From Saccostrea cucullata (Eukaryota): DNA of 64,000 bases. Below are positions 26,886 through 38,200 of this stretch, piece by piece. Numbering within the stretch: position 1 is the first letter of the stretch; every line of letters begins with the position of its first letter. Location of the stretch: contig NW_026939884.1 of assembly GCF_032062105.1 (NCBI RefSeq), forward strand, positions 744,001 to 808,000, in the 5' to 3' direction. The translations under genes were made by a program, and so were the position numbers. The notes under the pieces were generated by a model that did not search any database, was not told the DNA's origin, and saw only the letters and a program-made list of their open reading frames with translations.

Positions 26886-28111
26886 ATTTTACGTGTAAGT
26901 AGGCGCTAGAACAGCATATCATAGTTCTAGTTTTCGACTCACTCCTCATCAATTGTATTACATTCACTTTTTAAAAATGTATTAGCTTTCTTCCTGGATG
27001 ATCTTTCGTAATTATGGCATACATATTCTGAGAGGACTTGCTTAAGTCGGTATCTTTAAAAAGCGTAATTAAAGTTCAACTAGCTCCTTTTAATACTTTT
27101 GTTTTGATTATCATTGTAGTTAAATGTTTACATTGTTGGTGTAAATCGTAGTTATTCAACCAAAATCTATTTTTTAAGACATTGGTACATTTATACGGAA
27201 GGGGACACAAAGCTGTGCATTTTTAAAACATGCAATGTATCCTCACAACTTTCTAAAGGTTGCATATTGAAAGGATACACATCTTTTAAAACTAGCAATG
27301 CCATCATACATGCATGAATTTTTCGCATACTTGATGCAATCTGTTACCATCACAACACAAAGAATGGTGAAGTGTTGCTATAAAAATTCAAGTGTACCTA
27401 TATGTAGCTCTAATTAATTAAAAATGGAATGTTTCGCTTGTCAGAAATATATATAAATGAAAACATAAAGTAGAATTGTTTTGATGATTATAAAATACAG
27501 AGCATACTTGTATACATAGTGTCATCAAAGTGAGAAAAAATATTTTATGACCTGCATGGGGCTTGATGTTATTGGAGTCACATTTTCATTAGATTATGCC
27601 TAGGTATAATATATTTTGTGTCTACGGAATATATTTGTAATTTTTTTTTTTGGTGAAATTTAGCTGTTATTCTGCATAATCTAAAAATAATAAATAGCCA
27701 CTTCATGTTTAAGCATTTTATTTTTCGATATGAACTTTGTGTGTAGCAAATGTTTCCTTATAGGAAGAACATATTTTATCATGAGTACTTCTAAGGAACT
27801 TAGGTACATCAAACACTTTTCCTCATCAATTTTATCAAATTATAATAAGATACTAGTATATCTTTTAACTCATCAGTTCCAATCTTCAACCATGCAATCA
27901 TGCAGCACAAAGGAAACACTATTTTTAAAGATTGGTCATTCAAAATCCATTGTTTAATAAAAAAAAAAGAATGTCTTCGTCATTTGTATGATATGAAATA
28001 TTGAAATACTTAGTATTTTAGGCCCACTTTACTTCCATCGTTTAACATGAACAAAAAGAATATTTCATATTCTTAAAATTTTACACTTAAAGAATGAATT
28101 GATATTTCAAA

Positions 28112-28295
28112 TACTGTATACAGGGAAATGTTCACCCCCGTTTAATTTTCGCCCCTTTCGCCCTCTTCTTGATTGGTCGAATTTAAAACGGGGCGAATTT
28201 AAATTAAAACAGTATAATTTCTTAAACAGAACTATTACTGGGCGAATTTAAAACGTGGCAAAATTGCAAATATGGCAAAAATAACCCCGTATATT
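28112..28295. mobile_element. Small TA-flanked MITE (ctgtatacagg termini)
   Basis: tactgtatacagggaaatgttcacccccg..ttttcgcccctttcgccc ... gggcgaatttaaaac..aaaaataaccccgtata. Related to the element at 30272-30470. Confidence 0.55.
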
Positions 28296-29419
28296 GGTAT
28301 ATAACGTTATATAACAAAACACATTTCTTTAAACATCTTCGTTTCAGCAAATGTTATTTGATGTTCCGCTTAAATCTAAAGAAAACAATTTAAATACATA
28401 TATATAACACATTTATTATAAATTGAGTTAGCAAGAAAAAATATTTTTGAAACACTTATTCACAGAGCATATGTCAGAAATGCCAATTACAAAGACACAG
28501 CTTAACAGTTGGAATTTTGAATTTTACTGTTTTAGAAATCATTTTAAATTTAAATCTTATATAAAGCCAGACAGATTTCAACGAACTCCCAAACCCCATT
28601 ACAAAGAGTGCAATAAGCAAAACCAGATCGAATACAAGCAGTCATATAAGAAGAAATCTGAATAAATCGGTCGCCAAGAAAAATGAAATTATTCCCATAT
28701 GTTTAATCAATTATGCCTTCCTTAATAAATCTCTTCTTTTTTTTTAAAAAGTATCCTAAATGACTTCAAGTCAACGAAAAGAATTTCTAGAAAAAATTAA
28801 AAATTGAAGAATTTAGCCACCATGTGCAAAAAAACCATTAGAGTTATTAAGGTATTTAATAATAATGAAGGGGTTTTCATCAATTTTAATTAAATCTAAA
28901 CTAGTTAAAATTGCATTGCTATATATCGATAAAAGTTAGATAAACCAAATTCATACGAATGATTACATGTAAAACGCTGGTCATTATGCACCCTGAAAAT
29001 TTTAAGAGTTATCTGACCTTAAAGAAAATAAGAAAATTGTTAATTTCCCAAATTTTTTGTGGTAAATGATTCATTTTATTTCACAATTTAATAAAGAAAA
29101 AGTTAATGCATATTTCACCAAGAGATTTGTTTGAAATTCAAATAACTTTTTACAATATCTTTAAAAATATGCGCGCTGGTCATTGACTTCAAGGTAAAAT
29201 TCAAGGTGCAATTAATTGGACAATAATCAGTATTTTGAAAATTCCTTTGGTGGAGCATTTTTATTTGGTAATACCTTAAAAGTGCTACCATGATTAAATC
29301 ATTCATTTATTAGTTACAAAAAATGGTCGTTATACATTGAATACCTTAAGTATTTATGAAATATAAAGGTGTTTCCCAACTTTCTTCATGTATATATAGA
29401 TGCTTTTAAGTTGTTTGAC

Positions 29420-32061
29420 CTACGCATTCGGAAATTCAGACCATGATAGATTACAGCGACCGTTTCGTCTCTCTTTGAAATACTGCTTTAAATCTATTTG
29501 GTTATGATCTATGGCTTCTAAGAACTTTCTAAAGCGTTCAAGACTTTCTTTACAGTGTGAGTCACTTCGTCGTAGAGGTACCCTAGCTCCCTTTTCCATC
29601 TCACCAGTAGTGCAATGGTAAACATGGCAAAGGTATTCCAAACACACTTCGTCATTCGATGTCTCTTTTTCTAAGGAGCTTACCTCAGCTGATTCTTTGT
29701 CAATCAATTCTTCATTTTGTAAAAGCTGGAATGGAATGTATGGAGTTAACGAACAGTATTAAAGCTCAAAAGCCCATTCAAATAATACAAATTACGAGCT
29801 GAGCAAATATGGACCTCTACAACATTGGAGGTTTGATCAGGTGCATTGAAGGAGGAGGCTTCTCTTTCCTACCGGACACACCCGACTTGTGTTCCTTTTC
29901 ATGATCGGGATATTTTTTTTTGTTTATTTTTTAAGTAACTTCTATTTGTTTAAACAAATATACGAAAATAGTTTATAAAAATTGACAATACAAAATAATA
30001 CCGGTATATACTTACCGGTGAATCTTTATTGAATATTTTCTTGTCTTGCCAAGGATCGTGCATATTATGATGCTGTTCCAACTGGTACGTGTTTTTAATT
30101 ACTCCTTCCTTAATTAATCTTTCACAAAATCTGCACGAATACTGATTCCTCTTTGCTGTACACATCATAAGATCATGTGTCAGCTGCGAATCCCTAGTAA
30201 ATAGTTTTCCAAAAATTAAAATAAAAAACCACTGAAAAGTAATTTTAAAGAATATTAAATATCGAAGCGTAAACTGTATACAGGATTATTTACGCCAATT
30301 CTTATTTTCGCCATTTCACACTTGTGAACACGTTTGTCCCATTTTAAATTCTCGCAATCACACTGAAATTTATGTTTTCTTTGTATTTGCCATGTTTAAA
30401 ATTCCCTAACTGTGATTAGGACGAAAGGAACGAAAATAAAACGGCGGCGTAAATTATCCTGTATACACAGAAATCTCATGGCTATTTTTACCTGTGAATT
30501 TTGATTCCGCATTCCTTGCATTCAATAATTTTCTCACATTCTGTTTGGTGCATTTTAAACGATTTCCACGGAAAGAATTTCTTACAACGATTACATTCAA
30601 CCGGCTTATACTGACAATTTAGCATGTGAATTTCAACCCTTAACCGTGTATCTTTATAGTCACAATACTGATATCGGCATTTGATTATGGGACATAAATG
30701 ATACCTTAACTTTGATTTCGTGAAACATTCGTTGCAACTTTTGCACTCAGAAAAACATAGCTGAAGATGTTTGAACAAATCCTTCCTTGCAAATAATTTT
30801 TCACAGTGTGGACATTCTTTGATGGCAAATGGACAGTCGTGCCTCTGTTGGTCTTTTTGTAAGTACATTCCACCACAATTTTCACAATGTTGAGGTGCCC
30901 AGGGACAGACTGAAAGATGTTTCTTATGGTCTCTGAAATGTAGAACAGCCGTACATCCATAGGATTCGTTTTCACAAGAAACCAGTCTGTTTGGACACAA
31001 ACGTATATGTGAAGCCATTTTATGTCGCTGCATCTTGATTGTACAATTTTCAACAGGACATTTTTGGATAGAAAATTCACATTCCTCTAAATGCTTCTTC
31101 ATGACATTTCTTCTGGATGTAAAGGGACACTTTCTGTTTGGACACTGGATTGGTAAATACCAACACTCTTGAAGATGCTTTTCAAGTTTTCTGAAGTTTT
31201 CTCCGCTGCAGGAAAATGAACAGTCTCCATATTTGCAAGTCAGTATACAATGTTTGATAACATTTACAAGTCTCAGAAAACCAAGAAGTGGGCTGGAATC
31301 CTTTTTCTCTCCAAGAATACGATCCCTTTTCATAATATTTCGAAGACGCCGGAGAATTTTTTTCCTATCATTATAAGGTTTAACACCTCTCAGTTGGATT
31401 CTACGGAATGTTAGACGAGGACCTTAAATACATGAATTGAAACATATAAACACTACACTATATTAGTTAAGCAATATACACTACATTCAACATTCTTTAA
31501 CATAACATCTAATATACAAAAAATGAGAACGTGTTCTCCCAAAAAGATCGTTTTATTAAAAACAATCTTAATTATGATTTAATGGATGTGTGCTTCCCAC
31601 ATACCTTTTAGTGCCTTCACAAATCTATTTTTCAGCTGTATCAGGCATTCGCATACCGATATGTCACCCTTCCGCATTTTCTGCTGATATTTCCAACAAT
31701 AAATACAATTCAAGACTCTCATACACCGAGGAATTTTACATTTGTCGAGAACGATTGGAATGACTCGATATTTTCCTTTTGTAATCATGTACATCCAGAG
31801 TGCATTATCTAAGATAAACTGACAAAGTCCACTTCTGAGAAAGTTCTTGCTGACAAACAGTACCGAGGCCTTTGTTTTGTCGAGTCCATTCTCAATGATA
31901 TTTCTGACAATTGGCTCTCCTGGTACCAGATCTACGTCCGGGTCAAACATCCTTAATCCCAAAGTGCTCTTCATCATTTCCATGATACGACGAACATAAC
32001 CTTTGTCGCGTAGGCTGTAGTTGACAAAAATAGGGAAGCCATTTATATTCGTTTGAGCCAT
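29420..32061 (-). CDS. TIR domain + tandem TRAF-type zinc-finger protein (~623 aa, 4 coding exons)
   Basis: Exons 32061-31605, 31422-30492, 30193-30016, 29725-29420. Introns are GT-AG with phases 1,2,0, totalling 1872 nt in frame. Exon 1 has TIR boxes (IFVNYSLRD; LRMFDPDVDLVPGEPIVRNI; SVLFVSKNFLRSGLCQF; RVIPIVLDKCKIP). Exons 2-3 encode ~10 C-x2-6-C-x11-14-H-x1-4-C units. Confidence 0.85.
29735..29910 (-). mobile_element. Naiad 3' UTR fragment abutting the last acceptor site of the TIR-zinc-finger gene
   Basis: tggagttaacgaacagtatt..ggacctc..gatcaggtgc..accggacacacccg..atgatcggga is the reverse complement of the family 3' block. Confidence 0.75.
30272..30470. mobile_element. Small MITE in an intron of the TIR-zinc-finger gene
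   Basis: Inverted repeats ctgtatacaggattatttacgcc ... ggcgtaaattatcctgtataca. Confidence 0.6.
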
Positions 32062-32540
32062 CCTACAATTAAAAAGAATAACCGTTTTTATTTTGAATTT
32101 TTTTGTTTCTTTTTTTGTTTCTTTTTTTTTTTTCCTTTTTCATTTTGAATTTTTAGTTTTTTCTTCCGATTTTTTAATTGGCTGTTATTTTTTACTTATC
32201 TTAAGAATAATATTGATCTAGAAAATCCTGAACATAGCATATTAGAATAAACAAACCTAAATTAATTAATATTCTTATATTCTTATAACTCATATTTTAT
32301 GTATCGAAACAATGTAAGGGAATAGTGCATTTTAAACATGTTCTGGAAAATGTGCCGTATATGTTGATCATTTCTTACTTTTTTCCTATTCTTGCTATAT
32401 TATCAAGTCGATATTTATGAGAACTGCCTTTCTTTGATCAAAAATAAGAAATGGCAATGAGGGATTTTGACTGGAATTAAGAAGTTAAAAGAATGATATG
32501 TATTTTCAATAATTTCAACTAATTTAAACAAGTTCAAAAT

Positions 32541-32737
32541 GGCCTGTGGTCCTTTTCATAAAAAATTCTTATGACACTCTTAAAATTTTTATTTCAAAAA
32601 AGATATTTTTGAAATAATTTTTATAATGTAATCATAAAACTATTAATATTATGTAACAGAAAAAAATGCAGATGTTTGAAGAATAGGCGAAATTTTAGTC
32701 TTAGTTATAAGAATTTTTGTAAAAAGGGCCACTGGTC
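32541..32737. repeat. ~35-bp imperfect inverted repeat pair, probable degenerate MITE
   Basis: ggcctgtggtccttttcataaaaaattcttatgac versus gttataagaatttttgtaaaaagggccactggtc. Confidence 0.45.
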
Positions 32738-33599
32738 TTTTAAAGAACACAATAATGTTTCTTTTCAATGCTGTATTCAGCGACGCGGACCAGGAAGTCT
32801 AATTATTGCAGGAAATAATCCCAAAAACATTTTTTGAAAGTTAATTCTCTATATCAAGGCAATAAGAAATCTTGCTTTTGTGTTCAAAATCATGGGATAT
32901 CTATGGCTTGATTAAAAAGGGAAAAAAGTACTGTTTTGTTGTTATCATTTCTTGCAATACATGGAATTATATGAGTGAAAACTAGATAAGCATCATATTA
33001 TTTAATCTAATAATAAAAAACAGGTTTGAGAAAGAAAACGATATATGTTATTTGGAACATATAAGGCAAAATAGACAAAATGTATATTGTAAAAGAAAAT
33101 AACAGAATTACATACATTACATATATCTTGAATGTTATATTTTTGCTAAGAAAACTTATTCTTGTTAAACTTTTATAAAGACAAATTATGTTATATAACT
33201 TTTCAAATCACAAAATCACATACACCAACATTAATCTAATTTTATATGTATAAATAATCATGAATACAATAAAACAACAGAACAGTTGTTTTATTTTAAA
33301 GAGAATTGGGTCCGAATGCTCAGTTTTATTGCACGTTGTACCCACAAAAGTTTAAATACTTGATTTTAAAGAAGGAGCAAACTTTCACATCTTGTAATCG
33401 GTCATCAGCAAATAAAAAGGAATTGCTCTGATTCTACATGTACTTATAAGTTCTATTATGCCTTCCATATGCTCAGAATGAGAATTTTCCATTATACTGT
33501 TTCCCGCAGCTTCGTTATTTTTCAGCAAGAATACAAAACTAAGAAGGAATCTTTTTATAAATATGTCAATTATTAATGATACAAAGGGACATGAAGATT

Positions 33600-34500
33600 G
33601 TAGAGATCCCATGTTTCTCTACCATTTCAATATACACCTGGATTGGATCTCCCTAAACCTAAAGGTGCAGCATGAGTCTGATTCTACAATAAAGTTCTTT
33701 GATGTTGCTTTAAAAAGATGCTGGAGTTTCTGACAATAGTTGTGTCATCTTCGGAGATCAGTTCTCAAATTAACATTAACAAACCGTTGAAATTCTGTTG
33801 TGCATTAATTCCCTTCAAATGTTATTAGCAGACCAGTTTTTATATTCCTTTGAAGCAAAATTTATTCAGAAACTGGTAAATGAGGAAAAAATGCTATGGG
33901 CTTTAACTCGACATTCATATATATTGACGACGCGTATTATCAATTAACATTGGTTTCTTCCAGTTATATGTCTAGTGAACTTGAAATAAAAATACCACAG
34001 ATCTAGAGTCATTCACTTCTCTTTAATATACTTAATGTTTTACTGACTAAAGACGATTACCCTCAATTTATAATAAGTAAGCAAGTCAGTTAAAGTTTAA
34101 TTCAAAATCTTCAAAAACCTATTCTATAAAAATTTTTGTAATATCTCTGGTATTGCCCTGATTATGAATTGTCTGCATTTCGATAATTTTGTTGTCGTTA
34201 TGAAGACCCTGTAAAATGAAACCATCTGGTCGTCGTCGTATATTTAAAAAAAAGTTTTTTTTTAATACTGAATTCATTTGAAGAGGTACATTTGATTTCC
34301 TGTACAAATACATAGGCCCCACGACTCCAGTACAATTATGTGACTGTACAAATATTTGAATATATGTTAATTTGGCGCACCCGATTCCTCCCCTGGATTA
34401 ACCAGGGGTCTGTGTCTATTATAGTGCACAGATCTATACAAAAGGCTTTATAAATTTGAGTAGATTAAGATTGATCTTTGTTCGTTATCTTCGCCTTTTT
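33600..34500 (+). mobile_element. Old, heavily degraded Naiad-type PLE remnants
   Basis: aagatgctggagtttctg, ttcatatatattgacgac (YIDD) at ~33915-33930, gaacttgaaataaaa, and a diverged 3' block (ccgattcctcccctgg..ccaggggtctgtgt; tgttcgttatcttc) at 34375-34495. Confidence 0.55.
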
Positions 34501-34577
34501 CAATGGAAAAGTCATAAAATGATGACACATTTTATAACAATTTGACCAAAATGAAAGAAATAACATTGTAAACTTAC

Positions 34578-34700
34578 CTGAATTGAACGTGCTTTCAGTA
34601 TTGTATGTTTACAAATATAGATATACAGTATTACAGGCAATTAGAAAATGGGAAAACCGAATGAGGAAAACATCCCCTTGATATTCAGGAAGTCAGTTAC
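34578..34700 (-). promoter_or_regulatory. Candidate non-coding first exon and promoter of the TIR-zinc-finger gene
   Basis: The TIR exon begins with an acceptor (ttgtag|GATG, 32062), so an upstream exon must exist. A consensus donor CAG|GTAAGT lies at 34578/34577 on the minus strand, next to GGGAAAACC (kB-like) and CAGGAAGT (ETS-like) motifs. Confidence 0.4.
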
Positions 34701-35264
34701 AAGCATTACTGGAATCTATTTTTAAAAAAAACATAGTAATTCAAGCATTAAATGTACTTAAAGATATGAACATTTCTCCTTATCACTCTCTCTACATTTC
34801 GCTAGATCTCATCTTGATTTGTTGACAAATCAAATGAAATTGTGTGGTCGACCTGATAAAGAGCTACACTGATATAGGCGTTGTGTAATCTTTGATATTT
34901 AATATCTTATTAATATAAAAATATTTAATTATCATTTTATCGATAAAAGTTCAAGTTAGAAAAAAATAAGATATGATAATGAATTTTAACTCAGTTAATG
35001 GCAAAATAGTCCATTTTTTAAATTTTTAAAGCACTCTTAATTAAAGAAAAGTATAATCCTTTACGATCAGGGACACATGTATTAATACTCTGCTCCTTTT
35101 TGGTTTATTAAGTAGAGATAATCTGTCGTTCTTTAAACCCCCACGTTTTACTGAAGAAAATGCAGCTAAAACAATCCGTCTTTCCCTTAAACTTCAATAT
35201 GCCAATCAAGGAATTGACACGGTACATCCTGTATTTCCTATAAATATACATCGACTATTGCTTC

Positions 35265-38200
35265 CATAATAGTAATTTCCATTCCTACGTCGATACGATA
35301 TATCGTGTTGAGCTTGAGATAAAAGATACCACAGAGTCCGACACTTCTGTTTCATACTTGGATATTTTACTTGAAAAAGACACTAATGGTAATCTAACAA
35401 CCAAGCTATATGATAAACGTGATGACTTTAACTTTTCTATCGTCAACTTCCCTTACATATGCATCAATATACCTTCATCACCTGCATACGGAGTATACAT
35501 GTATATATCTCAGTTGATTCGATATGCAAGAGCATGCTCTACGTATAAACAATTTCTAAAACGAGGTAAATTATTGACAAGCAAGTTGACGAAACAAGAA
35601 TATCAGCAGTCTAGTTTAAAGTTATCATTTCGAAAGTTCTATGGTCGATACTATGACCTTGTCAGCAAATATAGTTTATCATTGAGTCAAATGCTGACAC
35701 GATTTTCATACCAATTGTTAGTCCATTATTTATACACTGAATTGACGACGGATTTTTTCCCGTTCTTTCCTGATCATGACAAGGAGCACATGGCGGGTGT
35801 GACCGGTCGGCAGGGGATGCTCACTCCTCCATGACACCTGATCCCACCTCTGATGTTTCGGGGGTCCGTGTTTCCTCTGCTACTATTTTGTATTGTTTTA
35901 TGGACTTTGAGATTGTATACTGTTCGTTATCTCCATATCCTTCTTCCAAACTTATTAATTACAAGAAAACTTTACAGGGCCTGGATATCGACTATCTGAA
36001 ACATAATCCTCCATCGTGTTCATGTTTCTTTTTAAAGTTGTCATTAGATCTTCTAAAAGAAATACCGTCCTTAGCACTAGTTGTTCTTGATTTTTCAGTA
36101 AGTTCTTCCATTGCTTGTACAATTTTTGTGAAGTCATGATGAACTATAGTCCTGCTGGACACGTTATTACAGGTGGCGTAAATATAGTTAATAATGATGA
36201 CCTTAGATCAATAATTTTAAAAGGTCTTAAATATAGGTAACGCCGATCCTTCAGGCGTCGGGGTTTCGTAAATATTATGGATTCTGTAGAAGGTTTTGCA
36301 AGACCATTGGCCAAATATGAAAAAGAAGACGTTTACACTTTGTCAGAATGGATTAAATGTATCAGATCCATGCTACAATCTCGTATTAGAAAATTGAGGG
36401 GCAATATGAAAACCATCTATCCTTCTTTATTCAACAATCCAAAAGTGAAAAAAAAGAATTAGATAGATTACATGATAAGTACGTACTGGTCCCTGCTGAC
36501 AAACAGGTAAGAACAATGTCTCCGTTTGTAAGGCTAATTATATAAATTGGTTTTTATTAGAAGAACTTGGATTTAATTCTAGAAATGGTAATCCAACGAA
36601 TACTTATAGTTCCCTTTCTAAAGAAGAAATTCTTAAAAATCATATGTCAGTCTTGAATTATTTTAAGATCCCAAAGAACCAAAATTAATTTGAACTACCA
36701 TATCTACATTGGATTCCGAAACTTCATAAAAATCCATACAAACAAAGATACATAGCGGGTTCCAGTAAATGCTCAACCAAGCCTCTTTCTTTACTCCGCA
36801 GACGTGAAGGAGAAACTTCAAGAGTACTGTGCAACAATATATTCAAGTGGTGTTAATCAGATGTGGATACTGAAAAATTCCAAGGAACTTTTGGACAAAT
36901 TGAAATTTCAAGGTTTAGCCAAAATCGACAGCTTAAAAACTTGCGACTTTTACGCACAACCATTCCAATAATAAATGAAAGTCCAGGGTTTTTGATATCA
37001 TTGACAGGTGCTTTTCAATGGACATGGAACTCGTAAATTTATTTACCTTGTCATTGGTCATTTGCAAAACTATTTTGTTTAAACATGCTGATTGTACACA
37101 CAAGTACTCTGAAGTTGACATTAAAAAATGCTTGAGTTTCTGATTGCCAATATCTATGTGTTTTTGGAAACCAGGTCCTCCAACAATCAATTGGAATTCC
37201 TATGGGTAGCAATTGCGCCCGATATTAACAGACCTATTTCTGTATTCATATGAAGCAGAATTTGTCCAAACTCGTATATGTGAAAAGAAGAAAACACTTG
37301 CTGTGGCCTTCAACTCGGCATTTAGATATATCGACGATTGTCAATGAACAATCATTATGGTAATTTCCATTCTTATGTCGATACGATATATCCCGCTGAG
37401 CTTGAAATAAAAGATACTACAGAGTCTGACACATACCGGTATGTTTCACATTTGGATATTTTACTTGAAAAAGACATTGATGGTAATCTAGCAAACAACC
37501 TCTATGATAAACGTAATGACTTTAACTTTATCGTCCACTTCCCTTACTTATGCAGCAATATACCTTCATCACCTGAATACAAAGTTCACATATCTCAGTT
37601 GATTCGATAAGCAAGAGTATGCTCTACGTATGAACAATTTCTAAACCGACGTAAATTATTGACAAACAAGTTGAAGTAAGGATATGGAAATAACGAACAG
37701 TATTCAATCTCAACGTCCATTAAACAAATATACAAAACAAGAGCAGAGCAAACACGGACCTCCGAAACATCAGAGGTGGGATCAGGTGCCATTGAGCAAC
37801 CGGTCACACCCGCCGTGTGCTCATTGTCATAATCAGGAAATAACGGAAAAAATCCGTAGTCAATTCAGTGTATAAATAATGGACTAACAATTGGTATGAA
37901 AAACGTCAGTCAGCATTTCATTCAATGATAAATTGTATTTGCTGACAAGGTCATTGTATCGACCATAGAATTTACGAAATGATGACTGTTGATATTCTTG
38001 TTTCATCAACTTGCTTGCAATAATTTACCTCGTTTAAGAAAATACAATTTATAATTGAGTCGTATGCAGGTGATGAAGGTATATTGCTGCATAAGTAAGG
38101 GAAGTTGACGATAGAAAAGTTAAAGTCATGTTTATCATATAGCTTGGTTGTTAGATTACCATTTGTGTCTTTTTCAAGTAAAATATCCAAGTATGAAGCA

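Noticed and set aside
30706-31080. Overlapping 124-aa ORF within the zinc-finger exon
   Set aside because: An alternative frame of a real coding exon, with no domain features.
35770-35940. SECIS element, hammerhead or HDV-like ribozyme in the Naiad 3' UTR
   Set aside because: ATGA is present but without the correctly spaced apical AA and GA quartet partner. There is no CTGATGA..GAAA core, and the helix order does not fit the HDV fold. Copies are too decayed to judge in-frame TGA codons.
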